Positions 37,171-47,217 of a DNA stretch of 64,000 nt are shown here, in pieces. A program made the position numbers and the translations under genes. This DNA is from an uncultured virus (IMG/VR IMGVR_UViG_3300035660_000549) (taxonomy: Duplodnaviria > Heunggongvirae > Uroviricota > Caudoviricetes), in IMG/VR virus record IMGVR_UViG_3300035660_000549; one strand, given 5' to 3'. How positions within the stretch are numbered: the first letter of the stretch is position 1; each line of letters starts with the position of its first letter. The notes beneath the pieces were generated by a model. It made no database searches. It saw only the letters and a list, made by a program, of their open reading frames with translations, and was not told the DNA's origin.

Positions 37171-38485
37171 CTATTTCTGGTCCTTCAATACCTTCCTGAG
37201 TTTTGATATTCTTCTTCTTCCACTCATCCAGTTGTTGTTCAACAAAGGAGGTTGGGAGTCCTTCCTGTTTTCTAATCTGGAGTTCTAGTTCAGGATCCCA
37301 TCTTAGGAGTCCTCTCCTTGCTAGGGTAGATAGAATCCTAGACTTCAATGTCTTAGTAGAAGGCTCAGAAGTTGTCAGTACATATCTAAGTTCTTTATCT
37401 GACACTCCCCAGAGCTTCTTGAGATATGAAGTGACTTGGCTATTGAACTGGTAGCAGAAGAACTCCTGGTATATAGATATCCTATTCTCGAAGTCTATCA
37501 GTTTAGTAGCCAGGTCTTTTACACCAGGCATTTTCTGTAAGGTCATAAGTAATTCCAGAGGAGGACCTATTCCTAGGGCTTCTTCGTCAGCTAGATATAG
37601 GATCATATCATATACCTCTTTAACATCTGGAGAAGGAATAGTACCAAGTTTCCATTTGTCTGATAGAAGGAAGATATTCTTTCTAGTTATAGATTTAAGG
37701 TCTTTGGAGAAGGCATCTATTACTTCCTGGGGAGGCTGACCAGTGTAGTATGCCACTATTCCTCCTCCTCTAAATGCTGCTTCTCCAACCATGTCTGATA
37801 TGTTTGACCTTATAATAGCTGATCTGTAGATAGGTTCTATTAAACTAATTCCTATAAGAGAATCTCCATATCCTTCTAGAATAAACCAAGCAAAATGGTC
37901 TCTAAGATCTTCTCCCTTCTTAGCCTTTAATATTACATCATCTTTCTGTACCACTTTGTCAGCATAGACCTTCCTAGTAACATTGTTTCTATTAATTACA
38001 AACCCCAGAGGCCTATTCAGATCATCTAGGATTACTTTGTTCTCCTTGTCTCTTATAAAATCTATTTCATTTATCTTGTAGAACTTAAACGAGTGGATAC
38101 CATCTTTGGCCTTGGTAGATAACATCTCTACGAAGCAAGTACCATCTAGAACAGCATTCTTCAGTATATATTTGTTTATAAATTTGAGACCTATCAGAGA
38201 AGACCATGCTTCTGCTTCTTTGACTAGATCAGGATCTCCTTCCCAGTATCCCTGTTGTGACCCTATCTTTCCTATTACATAATTAATTAGACTAAATGTA
38301 AGACCATCTTTTTCGTATAGTTTCCTATATTTAGTAGTACCACTCTTGCTCCTAGTCTCTTCTATTGTCTGGAGTTCCTCTTCGGACATAGAAGTCAATT
38401 CCATGACCTTTGGAGGAAGATCTGGAGTTGAAGGAGGAGGAGGAGAACCAAATATCCTATCTCTTATATAATTTCTAATACTCAT
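37145..38485 (-). CDS. Portal protein
   Basis: 446 aa; 'YRKLYEKDG', 'LDGTCFVE', 'GISLIEP', 'IGPPLELL' match the portal layout. Confidence 0.7.
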   Translation of the reverse strand: MSIRNYIRDRIFGSPPPPSTPDLPPKVMELTSMSEEELQTIEETRSKSGTTKYRKLYEKDGLTFSLINYVIGKIGSQQGYWEGDPDLVKEAEAWSSLIGLKFINKYILKNAVLDGTCFVEMLSTKAKDGIHSFKFYKINEIDFIRDKENKVILDDLNRPLGFVINRNNVTRKVYADKVVQKDDVILKAKKGEDLRDHFAWFILEGYGDSLIGISLIEPIYRSAIIRSNISDMVGEAAFRGGGIVAYYTGQPPQEVIDAFSKDLKSITRKNIFLLSDKWKLGTIPSPDVKEVYDMILYLADEEALGIGPPLELLMTLQKMPGVKDLATKLIDFENRISIYQEFFCYQFNSQVTSYLKKLWGVSDKELRYVLTTSEPSTKTLKSRILSTLARRGLLRWDPELELQIRKQEGLPTSFVEQQLDEWKKKNIKTQEGIEGPEIDVEKGELS

Positions 38486-38691
38486 TTATTCTCACCTATT
38501 ATATCTCCAATTAGTAGAATTATCCACCCACTTATTATTAAGCATGTTCCCACCCAGAAACCATGAAGTCGTAGAGGACTGGATATCCTTTCACATTCTA
38601 GCCAGAAGTCATGAACACACAATCCTAGACCAAAGAACTGGAGAGCAGTTCCTAAAAGATTATTAAAACTCCTCTGTAGAAACTTAGACAT
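38482..38691 (-). CDS. Small two-TM membrane protein (holin-like?)
   Basis: 69 aa with two hydrophobic segments. Confidence 0.45.
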   Translation of the reverse strand: MSKFLQRSFNNLLGTALQFFGLGLCVHDFWLECERISSPLRLHGFWVGTCLIISGWIILLIGDIIGENK

Positions 38692-38693
38692 TT

Positions 38694-39464
38694 TTATTCT
38701 CTTCTAGGATTTATATAATTAAATCTTCCTTTTCTCTTTAATAGGGACACAAAGAAGTTCAATATTCTACATATTCCTCTTCCTATTATACAAGGACTAG
38801 GATTGGGAGGAGTTGGTTGAGGAGGGATCTCTCCATCTGGTTCCAGCTGGTACATACACGAGTCTATTTCACTGTCTCCATACTTGACCCAGGCATTTCC
38901 TTCCATTCCCCAGTCTGTACCCCAGCTATTTCTAACTAGCCATGCTCCTAGATCATCATCATAACCAACTATACCTATACAGTGACCTCCTAGGATAGGA
39001 TCACCTAGACCCAGACTATGATAAACCCCAGACTTATAGTTTATGAAAGACTGGTGTACCATCATTGTACTCACTAGAGGAGTAGAATTGAGTAGAGATT
39101 TCATCTCTTCCCTATTTCGTACTTCTCTCCAGGATTTAAGTTTCTTACCAGTTGTCCACCAGTTGTCACATCTTCCCTCTCCACAACTATGGTCTACTCC
39201 ATTATATGGACAACACTCTTCAAGACAGACACCAGGATCTACTGTATAATTCAAAGCAGAATCCATATAACTTCCAGATGAACAGGATCCTCCTGCACAG
39301 AAGAAAAGATCACGTTCACTTATATCAATTGGATCGTTTATAATATTCTCTTTAATTCTTATACAACCTTCCCATGCTCCTATAATCCCATGAGCAACAC
39401 AAGAACCACATTGGCCCTGGTCCCTAATAGAACTTAACCAATTTCTAAGATCACTTTTTGTCAT
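38694..39464 (-). CDS. Papain-family (C1A) cysteine peptidase
   Basis: 'DQGQCGSCVAH', 'GGHCIGIVGY', 'RNSWGTDWG'. Confidence 0.93.
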   Translation of the reverse strand: MTKSDLRNWLSSIRDQGQCGSCVAHGIIGAWEGCIRIKENIINDPIDISERDLFFCAGGSCSSGSYMDSALNYTVDPGVCLEECCPYNGVDHSCGEGRCDNWWTTGKKLKSWREVRNREEMKSLLNSTPLVSTMMVHQSFINYKSGVYHSLGLGDPILGGHCIGIVGYDDDLGAWLVRNSWGTDWGMEGNAWVKYGDSEIDSCMYQLEPDGEIPPQPTPPNPSPCIIGRGICRILNFFVSLLKRKGRFNYINPRRE

Positions 39465-39768
39465 TCTTTACTCCACCAGATATTCTCTTTTGTATACTAG
39501 GTAAAAGTTTACTTGGTCTTGTTTGTCCTAGCTCAAAGTCCCCAGATAATTCAACCACATCTACTGGAATCCCTTCAATCTCGTCTGGAAGAATATCTTC
39601 ATTCTTTAATTGACTAAGTTTCTTCTTCTTAGAAACATAAACAACTATTGCCTGTTTTCCTGTCTTAGTTCCTTCTGATACTTCTTCACCAATATTAACA
39701 TTTAGTACATTCACATATCTTCTTAGATATTCAAATGATTCTTCTAAGATTTTTTCTATCTTATTCAT
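39451..39768 (-). CDS. Stand-alone protease prodomain-like protein (Nal1-N-like)
   Basis: 'NVLNVNIG...GTKTG..AIVVYVSKK...ILPDEIEGIPVDVVE' resembles the N-terminal domain of Nal1-like trypsin proteases. Confidence 0.6.
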   Translation of the reverse strand: MNKIEKILEESFEYLRRYVNVLNVNIGEEVSEGTKTGKQAIVVYVSKKKKLSQLKNEDILPDEIEGIPVDVVELSGDFELGQTRPSKLLPSIQKRISGGVKNDKK

Positions 39769-40070
39769 AACTTATCAAGACCATATTTTACTAAGAAGCC
39801 TACTATAGTAAAAGCAAGACCTATTGATGTCCATTTCCATTTATCTCTTTGAACTTTCTTTTCAGTCTGGTTATCTTTAATATCTGAAATATCATTCTTC
39901 ATATCATTAAAATCCTTAACGATACCACCTTTCATATCTTCTCCTATGAGAGCTTTTTTAATCATTGCAATGTCTTCTAGTAATGGCAACATAGTAGCTG
40001 TACATTCAACATGAGTAACGAAACCTGGGTTATCCTTCTTCTCAGACATTATAATTTCACCGATAGTCAA
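39765..40070 (-). CDS. Coiled-coil protein with C-terminal TM anchor
   Basis: Heptad region followed by 'WTSIGLAFTIVGFLV'. Confidence 0.5.
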   Translation of the reverse strand: MTIGEIIMSEKKDNPGFVTHVECTATMLPLLEDIAMIKKALIGEDMKGGIVKDFNDMKNDISDIKDNQTEKKVQRDKWKWTSIGLAFTIVGFLVKYGLDKL

Positions 40071-42441
40071 ATAAACTTCTCTGTTTATAACGTTTACTCT
40101 TTATGGCATCTAGGTACTTCTGTACTGGAGATGTTACAGTGTATTCTATTGTCTTAGGATAGTCTATTTCAAACTCCTTTGGTAGATCTTCTATCCTTTT
40201 CAGACCTATAATATTAACGAAGATATTTACTTCTTTCTTTTCCTTACCAATACCAATAGTAACTTTCATTGTCTTCTTTGGTACTATATGGAAAAGGAAG
40301 AACCTGTTTCCCTTCTTGATCTTCTCTTTGGTATACTCTTCACATATCTTTACTGCTTTGTAGTTCCTAGTTAGTGTTTTATATTCATCCTTGGTACATC
40401 TAGGTCTAATAGCAATGTCTTCAAGAGGGATCTTTTTATTAATGATATCTCTTTTAATAGATTCTGTATATCTTCCTATATCATCTTCTTTGTAGTTTAG
40501 AATTAGATTACCAATAGCTTTCTCCACTATACTAGTTATAGGAGCACTCTCCATCCTAACTACTTCTATTCCTTTTACTACTTCTTCTCCTTCTATAGTT
40601 ACTCCCTGGTATCTCTTCTTAGTTATTATTATAACTCTCTTCAGGATATATTCTATCGAGATCTTAAGTTTAGAAGGGACATGGTAATTATCTTCTATAA
40701 ACTTATCAATATGGTCCTGTATTTTCTCTAAGATTTCTTTACTTTCTTTCTCATGGTCTTCTGTCTTCAACTGTACAAATAAACTATCAGTGTCTCCATA
40801 CACCATTTCATATTCTATTTCTTTAACGTACCTGGATACTTCATTGAAGATGATCCTTTCCATTAGAGTAATAGCAGCAGCTACATTAGGTTCATACAAC
40901 CTAGAACCAAAGTACCCATTCTTAGACTGGTATCCATATATTCCATAGCTACAAGCATTTATAATAGATTTCAGAGCATCTGATAGTCTCTTGAATTTGT
41001 CTCTAGTTTCTTTGTCTATAGACTCTCTGACCCACTTCTTTACAAGTTGTCTCCTTTCCCTAAGAGGTCTAACTAGCCTATTAGACTGGCCTTCTTCCCT
41101 AGATGAAAAGAATAGATTTTCTCCTAGCTTGATATCTCCCATCAGTTTAGTATAGGTATCCCAACTAATATGGAAGGTCTCCATTAGAGAAGGATACAGT
41201 TCGGACCAGTCCATCACTAGGATGTAATCATAGATCCCTGGAGATGCTATCACTAGAGCTCCCTTGTACCCTGAAGCTTTAATGTATGAGTAAGACTTCC
41301 AGACTTCTCTACCAGAAGAATCTCTAAGATATAGTATATCTGCTATTTTGTTAGATCCCAAACAATCTGAGAAGGGTAGACCAGTTATCTCCCAAATAGG
41401 AATGATATAGTCTCTAATGAAGTGAAGTTTCTCTTCTAGATCCTTTAGAAGCTTTACATCTCTTAGATTATATTCTAGAACTGCCTTCTTGTTTATCTTC
41501 CAGGTTTTGTATATTTTGTCTTCTAGTATTATCTTTCCATATCCAAGTTCTTTCTTTGCTATGTAGTCTAGAGTATGCCAGACCTGTTCCTTGACTACCT
41601 TCCTATATAGAAGAGCGTAATCCAAAACATCTAGGCAGTGGAAGTGAGGACCTCTGGTAACTACTCCTATAGGAGATAGAAAACTATAGTTCATTCCTAG
41701 GATCTTTAGTCTATTTAAAATATATCCCATATCAAAGGGAGAGAAGGTAACTACTACATCTGGAGATATTTCAGACCATTTCTCTGATAATTTAATATAT
41801 AGATCCTCTTCGTCTTTACAGGGAATTAAGACATATTTACATGCTGGATCTTCTTTAAAGATCTCTATATTTTCTCCTATATAAAACTGGTAATAAGTAT
41901 TCGAAACAGGATCATATAATCCAATAATAATAATTTTATATTTATAAGTTTCATCTTTCCACTCCTCTTCTCCTTCTACTTCGATATCTAGGTAAATCTT
42001 ACGATGCTTAGATTCTATTTCTACTGGTTCTAGTTTATCATTTATTCCAGTATATAGTTTCTTGTCTATTAGAAACCTCTTAGTAAATAATATATTGGAC
42101 TCGTGAAGATGGAAGTACTTACCAGTTCTCTTCTGGAAGGGAGTAGTTAGATTAGTTATCTCTTTAACAGTATACGGATATCGTACATAGACCTTTACTA
42201 GGGGGAAACTCTGTGTAGATTTGTATCCTCTCTCTTCCTTCAGGATACTATCTCTTAGGACTGGGTTCTGTTTAATAAAAGAGTACCACATATTCTGTTG
42301 GTACTCAGGATAATAAAAATATGGAGTGTAAGGGATTAGGATAGGATCCACCCTCTTACCATCTATATCCCTTATAGATAGGACCACTTTAGTTTCTAGG
42401 TCCTCTGTAGAGTAGGAAATACCACAAATACAAAAATCTAT
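40057..42441 (-). CDS. polB: Family B DNA polymerase (probable ATA start)
   Basis: Exo 'YLDIE', 'FD', 'YNLRD'; pol 'DWSELYPS', 'KSIINACSYG', 'YGDTDS', 'KKRY'. Frame extends to ATA 42441 overlapping the ParB TAG, after GGAG. Confidence 0.95.
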   Translation of the reverse strand: MDFCICGISYSTEDLETKVVLSIRDIDGKRVDPILIPYTPYFYYPEYQQNMWYSFIKQNPVLRDSILKEERGYKSTQSFPLVKVYVRYPYTVKEITNLTTPFQKRTGKYFHLHESNILFTKRFLIDKKLYTGINDKLEPVEIESKHRKIYLDIEVEGEEEWKDETYKYKIIIIGLYDPVSNTYYQFYIGENIEIFKEDPACKYVLIPCKDEEDLYIKLSEKWSEISPDVVVTFSPFDMGYILNRLKILGMNYSFLSPIGVVTRGPHFHCLDVLDYALLYRKVVKEQVWHTLDYIAKKELGYGKIILEDKIYKTWKINKKAVLEYNLRDVKLLKDLEEKLHFIRDYIIPIWEITGLPFSDCLGSNKIADILYLRDSSGREVWKSYSYIKASGYKGALVIASPGIYDYILVMDWSELYPSLMETFHISWDTYTKLMGDIKLGENLFFSSREEGQSNRLVRPLRERRQLVKKWVRESIDKETRDKFKRLSDALKSIINACSYGIYGYQSKNGYFGSRLYEPNVAAAITLMERIIFNEVSRYVKEIEYEMVYGDTDSLFVQLKTEDHEKESKEILEKIQDHIDKFIEDNYHVPSKLKISIEYILKRVIIITKKRYQGVTIEGEEVVKGIEVVRMESAPITSIVEKAIGNLILNYKEDDIGRYTESIKRDIINKKIPLEDIAIRPRCTKDEYKTLTRNYKAVKICEEYTKEKIKKGNRFFLFHIVPKKTMKVTIGIGKEKKEVNIFVNIIGLKRIEDLPKEFEIDYPKTIEYTVTSPVQKYLDAIKSKRYKQRSLFDYR

Positions 42442-43247
42442 AGGATTGTTTCTCCATTTACAAACTTCTGTATTAGGTCTGTGGTTGCTTTAGTGAAGTC
42501 TAGGTTTAGTTCTTTGAGTTTCTTTCTGTATAGGATATCCAACTTCCTGGGGATCTTTATTTCTAGAGTCGATGTTTCAACATTTATCAAATACTTCCTG
42601 TAGTCTACATCTACATTTAGACCTGACTGGGAATCTTTAGATATTCCTTCTAGGACTGATAGAGGAGCATCCTGGCCTAGGTCTATCAACTGGGTTGCCT
42701 TCTTGAAATCATTCTTGAAGACTCCTTTGGATAATGCTACTTGGAGAGCTTTCTTCTTCTTTGCTGGAGCTTCCAGGAGCAACTGCTTATGTTTAGGAGA
42801 TGAAGCTATTATCTCTGGATAGTCTTCAAACTTACTCCAGTTCCTAATAGTATATTCTGTCTTCCCTATGCTATGAGCTATCTGGTCAAAAGTCATATTG
42901 TCTTCTTTTACACACTTCTTAACAAAATGGTACTTGGCTCTCTGGGAAATAGGATGGTGTAGATCATCTTGTAGGAAGCATGTGATCCTCTCTTCATATT
43001 TATCTTTGAACTCTGTTAGAATACATGGGATACTTTGTAGATCATTTGCTATGGCAGCAGACCATCTCAAGGCCCCAGATACTATTTCATTGTCTTTGTT
43101 TATTATTATAGGTTCTTTGATCCCTTCTGTCATTACACTAAGCTTCATTATCTCTTTCTCTTCATCTGTAATAGGATCCATTCTCACATTTGTAGGAGCT
43201 ACTTTGAGATCTTTGGGATCCTTCCAGACAATCTTTAGGTTATTCAA
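42438..43247 (-). CDS. ParB/Srx-like protein with HTH
   Basis: 'NVR', 'GIKEPIII', 'IVSGALRW', 'QIAHSIGKT'. Confidence 0.8.
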   Translation of the reverse strand: MNNLKIVWKDPKDLKVAPTNVRMDPITDEEKEIMKLSVMTEGIKEPIIINKDNEIVSGALRWSAAIANDLQSIPCILTEFKDKYEERITCFLQDDLHHPISQRAKYHFVKKCVKEDNMTFDQIAHSIGKTEYTIRNWSKFEDYPEIIASSPKHKQLLLEAPAKKKKALQVALSKGVFKNDFKKATQLIDLGQDAPLSVLEGISKDSQSGLNVDVDYRKYLINVETSTLEIKIPRKLDILYRKKLKELNLDFTKATTDLIQKFVNGETIL

Positions 43248-44229
43248 CTTCAGTCAGTCCTAAAGGGAGATACCCTCTCACTTCTATGCCATACTTGTTT
43301 GTTCTAGAACTCTTCCATAGCTTACCAAACACTAGAAGGGACTCCCAGATCTTGAATACTATAGGAATATTAACTGATATATTACATCTAAGTTTGTTCT
43401 TAGCTTCTCCTGATTCTTCATCTATGATAGTAAAGGACCTTCTGTTGTCTTTAGGTTCTAGGAAGGTCTGGGCTACCATTCCTTCTACTATTGTTATATA
43501 TTGAGAATTAGGTTTCTTGTCATATTTGTCTCTGTACAATCTTCCCAGGATGCTATCTGAGACCTCTAGAGATTCTATCTTGTTACCTAGTTCTACTGGA
43601 GTCAATTTAGTATCAAATGGTCTGAACTTTGTACCTGCTCCAATATAGATATTTATTATATTAGTATCTGCTCTAGTCTTTCCTACTGTTCCTCTAAAGG
43701 CATACCAGTTGAAACACTGTACTCCTTCTAGTATAGCAGAATCTTCTCCAGACCCTACAATCTTTGCTACTCTAACTACTTCAAAGTTTGGATCTGAAGA
43801 CACTATAGCCATTAGATCTCTCTCTAGTTCTGTCCCTTCTAATGGAAGACCACACTTAGGGTTGTCTTGACCGAACCTAGTCTTCTTCCTATAGTCTAGG
43901 ACAGTACCGTCTTCTGTTACTCTTCCAGCATCTATAACCTTCTGTCTAGTATCTAAGTTTTCATATTGTCTCAATGCTCCCTGTCTCATATTGTCTATCC
44001 TATCGTAAAGACCTGAGTCTCCTATAATGTACCCATAGAATGGAGTTGCATTAGATAGGAGAGACCCATGCTCATCTGATATCTCTGTCCTAAGCTTCTT
44101 GTATGCTACTACTTCACTACCAGTCTCTTTTACATATTCATTGAACCTGGTTACTAGTTCTTCTTCTTTGAACCCTACCTTCTTAGCCCACTCTAGTATT
44201 CTATCTATGTATTTTTCATTCTTATTCAT
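43240..44229 (-). CDS. Putative OB-fold ssDNA-binding protein
   Basis: Adjacent to RadA; OB-like strands 'ITIVEGMV...FTIIDE...LLVFGKL'. Confidence 0.45.
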   Translation of the reverse strand: MNKNEKYIDRILEWAKKVGFKEEELVTRFNEYVKETGSEVVAYKKLRTEISDEHGSLLSNATPFYGYIIGDSGLYDRIDNMRQGALRQYENLDTRQKVIDAGRVTEDGTVLDYRKKTRFGQDNPKCGLPLEGTELERDLMAIVSSDPNFEVVRVAKIVGSGEDSAILEGVQCFNWYAFRGTVGKTRADTNIINIYIGAGTKFRPFDTKLTPVELGNKIESLEVSDSILGRLYRDKYDKKPNSQYITIVEGMVAQTFLEPKDNRRSFTIIDEESGEAKNKLRCNISVNIPIVFKIWESLLVFGKLWKSSRTNKYGIEVRGYLPLGLTEVE

Positions 44230-44257
44230 TTTCTTTCCTCCTTTAAACTTATTACTT

Positions 44258-45250
44258 TTATTTAATTATGTCTCTGACCCCTTGGGAGACAATTCTAAAC
44301 CTACATTTTGCTTTGGGTCTATCTGGAGAGTCGGCCAGTACAGCCTCCCATTCCCCTTCTGCTTTAGAAGCCATCTGGTCCAGGCTTAATATATAGGTAC
44401 ACCAATGGAATAGAATATCTCCTCCATAAGCTACCTTAGTATGACCTGTCTTCACTCTTTCTGCTAGTTGCCCTCCAGGATCTGGAATACCCATGACCTG
44501 GCCTGTTAGGATTACTGCTATGTTATACTTAGCAGATATGTTATCCAGGTATCCTAGGTGCCTAGCTTCCTCTCTTGCTCTGTCTGGTAACATTTCTCTT
44601 CCAGAATAGAACTCTCTAAATGCAGCATTGAAGGAGTCTACTACTATTAATCCAACATCCATTTTCTTCTCTAGCATTACCTGTATAGCTCTCTGGTATG
44701 ATAGGTATTGCATATATGGAGTAGATGATCCTGTTGAAGGGATAAATATGAAATCCTTGTCTCCATCTATAGTTACTCCCACTGCTTTGGCCATCTGTTC
44801 AAACCTATCTGGAGAGAAGGTACCCGTCTCAGTTTCTATCCAGATGATCTTTCTTTTAAGATATTTTAGAACATTGATAGCTGCCTGCATTGCTAGCTGG
44901 GTTTTCCCTGATGCATATTCGCCTTTTAATAGATGTAAAGATTCTGTCCTCCATCCTCCTCCTAGGATTTCATCTAGGGCTGTAGATCCCGTAGGTATTC
45001 TCTGGACTACTTCTTTGATATGTCTCTTCTGTTCATTGAAGGTCCTAACTGGGATCACCCTAGGAAGGGCCTTGTCCTTAGCATCATTACAGATGTCCTT
45101 CGCTGCCTTCTTTGTTATGGAGAGCTCAGAAGCAAGTTCTTCAGGTCGCATAGTTGCTAGTTTGTCTACATCTATTTCTAGTTCTCTAAGTTTCTGTGCT
45201 GTTACAGGACCAATTCCCTTTATGTCTTCAAGTTTTAATTCTTCACTCAT
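44258..45250 (-). CDS. radA: Archaeal RadA/Rad51 recombinase
   Basis: N-terminal HhH 'IKGIGPVTAQKL', 'IPTGSTALDEILGGG', Walker A 'GEYASGKTQ', 'ETGTFSPDR', 'IVVDS', 'DSPDRP'. Confidence 0.95.
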   Translation of the reverse strand: MSEELKLEDIKGIGPVTAQKLRELEIDVDKLATMRPEELASELSITKKAAKDICNDAKDKALPRVIPVRTFNEQKRHIKEVVQRIPTGSTALDEILGGGWRTESLHLLKGEYASGKTQLAMQAAINVLKYLKRKIIWIETETGTFSPDRFEQMAKAVGVTIDGDKDFIFIPSTGSSTPYMQYLSYQRAIQVMLEKKMDVGLIVVDSFNAAFREFYSGREMLPDRAREEARHLGYLDNISAKYNIAVILTGQVMGIPDPGGQLAERVKTGHTKVAYGGDILFHWCTYILSLDQMASKAEGEWEAVLADSPDRPKAKCRFRIVSQGVRDIIK

Positions 45251-45456
45251 TCTTTCTTCACTTCAAATAATTTCTTCTTTAATTTATTACATTTATCTTT
45301 TACAGGGCATGATAAACAGAATTCACTCCATTCATTCACACTTAAGTCTTCACAAGATAGGTTCCAGAAGGAAACCACTCTAATATCTTCTTCAGATAAA
45401 TCTACTTTCATTCCACTACTCCTTTGAGAATGCAGATCTTTCCATCTATCCCACAC
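45247..45456 (-). CDS. Small Cys-rich hypothetical protein
   Basis: C..CLSCPVKDKC; real start probably the internal ATG (MKVDLSEED). Confidence 0.45.
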   Translation of the reverse strand: MWDRWKDLHSQRSSGMKVDLSEEDIRVVSFWNLSCEDLSVNEWSEFCLSCPVKDKCNKLKKKLFEVKKE

Positions 45457-45529
45457 ATCTGGTCTTTCATCATCCAGTTACATGGGAGATATACAATGTA
45501 TCCATGTCTACAGAGACCTTTTATTCTTT

Positions 45530-46057
45530 TCATATAATTGACCTCTCTAAATATCTATAAACTTCTTTATAGTTCTTTTCATCTACTTCAACTACTTTTA
45601 ATCCTAGGTCGCTTAGAAACTTATATTTCTTTTTATCAGAAGCTCTTCTATTCCAGAGACTATGCCAGATTTTAGGGGAGCACTCCAATATCAGATCTTC
45701 CCTAGGAAGATAGAAGTCTACAAAGTAAATAGATTTGCAGTTCTTAAATAGACAGTTATGTATGAAATCTTTACCTATTTTGTATCCAGCTCCTAGGAGA
45801 ATATCCCTAACCTTAGCTTCTAGTGGAGTATAGTAACTCTGGGACCTATTAGGGTGAGAAGCAATCTTAGAACAGAACTTCCTAAAGTTCTTAGAAACTT
45901 TATTAGAAGTCTGGTATAGACCATGTTCTTTACATTCCATCATAGATATTCCAGTCTTAGTGACCATATATGGTTCTGTATAGGTACCGCATATAGGGCA
46001 AGGGAACCTAGTTCTCCTAGTCTCTATAATATCTTGAAATGGTAATATATTTTCCAA
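45530..46057 (-). CDS. Zn-ribbon + DUF559/Vsr-like PD-(D/E)xK endonuclease
   Basis: CPICG...CKEHG; 'TPLE', 'YFVDFY', 'ILEC..IWH', 'D..K..L..LGLKV'. Confidence 0.75.
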   Translation of the reverse strand: MENILPFQDIIETRRTRFPCPICGTYTEPYMVTKTGISMMECKEHGLYQTSNKVSKNFRKFCSKIASHPNRSQSYYTPLEAKVRDILLGAGYKIGKDFIHNCLFKNCKSIYFVDFYLPREDLILECSPKIWHSLWNRRASDKKKYKFLSDLGLKVVEVDEKNYKEVYRYLERSII

Positions 46058-46209
46058 TTATACTTCATCTCCACACTTACAATAAATTCTCCCTATACCA
46101 GGTTCTGGATGCCATATTCCAATATTATCTCTAAATCCTCCAAAGAAGGTTAGGTGCCATCTTATTAAATGAAATATTAGAACATTATTTCTTATTCCTA
46201 TCCATAACT

Positions 46210-46464
46210 TCATTTTATTATTCCTTTTCTTTTTAATAACTTTTCTAGTTCTCCTAAACTACTAAAAGGATATAATATATTATCTATTTCTATTATAGGC
46301 ACACTCATAAATCCATGAATGTGTAACCTTCTTGCATCTTGTTCTTCAAATAGTATATTCTTCTCTTCTAGATACTTCCTTACTAAAGTACATTTAGGGC
46401 AGGGATCTAAACTATAAATCTTTATCATTTCAATCCCTAGGATATGGATATGGATATAATTCAC
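46210..46464 (-). CDS. Glutaredoxin/NrdH-like protein
   Basis: 'IYSLDPCPKC', 'GFMSVPII'; true start at the internal ATG (MIKIYS). Confidence 0.85.
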   Translation of the reverse strand: MNYIHIHILGIEMIKIYSLDPCPKCTLVRKYLEEKNILFEEQDARRLHIHGFMSVPIIEIDNILYPFSSLGELEKLLKRKGIIK

Positions 46465-46990
46465 TAAGTTTTACTTCTTTGACTATCTTTCCTTCTAGAT
46501 CTATTTCTGTCACTAGAAGATCTGGATTTCTGGTAAACTCCCAGAGTATTTGACGGCAATGACCACATGCAAATGTTAATCTCCTAATATCACTATCTGA
46601 GAATGAGATAACTATTCCTTCTATAGGATCTATAGAAGCAGTCCTATGTGATAGAAGATAATTAATCATCGCTATCTCTTCAGCATGATAACTCTTGTGA
46701 CAATAGTTCTGGATATTGAAACCAGTATAGAAATCTCCAGTCTTTGTATAGACACAAGCTCCTACTTTAGTATGGGAAGACCTGATTAGTATGGCATTGT
46801 TCCTAGCTTCTAAAGCAAATAATATTGCTTTTTCTTTATAAATATTATTGACAGAAGGAATCTTAGATTCTTTTCTTTCTGGATCGGTTCTATATAGTAC
46901 AAATAAAATATATCGACTACAAATATTACATGGAAGTGGAAATTTAGGAATTGTACATTCTTTTTTATCAACTGGGCAAATCTTGTTCAA
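46430..46990 (-). CDS. cdd: Cytidine deaminase
   Basis: 'KVGAC', 'YTGFNI', 'HAEE', 'ACGHCRQILWEF', 'ELYPYP'. Confidence 0.88.
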   Translation of the reverse strand: MNKICPVDKKECTIPKFPLPCNICSRYILFVLYRTDPERKESKIPSVNNIYKEKAILFALEARNNAILIRSSHTKVGACVYTKTGDFYTGFNIQNYCHKSYHAEEIAMINYLLSHRTASIDPIEGIVISFSDSDIRRLTFACGHCRQILWEFTRNPDLLVTEIDLEGKIVKEVKLSELYPYPYPRD

Positions 46991-47217
46991 TCTATTTCAA
47001 ACTCCTTCTTTCCAGTAGCTAGGAACTCTAGGACCATTCGAATATGTTTGCATGGCCTATGATAGATACTATTGTATGGGCATGCACACACAAAAGAAGA
47101 GATATTATATTCTGTAGGATTATCCATTCCTATCTTAATTCCCACAAAGTATTCTGTTCCATCTTCCTTTTCTACTATCCATGTTCTATATGAAGTCTGT
47201 AATATACTATATTTTAT
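46987..47217 (-). CDS. SWIM zinc-finger protein (probable ATA start)
   Basis: Not in the track. MKYSILQTSYRTWIVEKEDGTEYFV...CACP...RPCKHI; frame bounded by TGA two codons above ATA 47217; AGGA 7 nt upstream. Confidence 0.75.
   Translation of the reverse strand: MKYSILQTSYRTWIVEKEDGTEYFVGIKIGMDNPTEYNISSFVCACPYNSIYHRPCKHIRMVLEFLATGKKEFEID

Noticed and set aside
44628..45383. 251-aa plus-strand ORF, and other plus-strand ORFs such as 23850-24422 and 10069-10512
   Set aside because: Antisense shadows of well-supported minus-strand genes; Ser/Ile/Phe-rich with no recognisable motifs.
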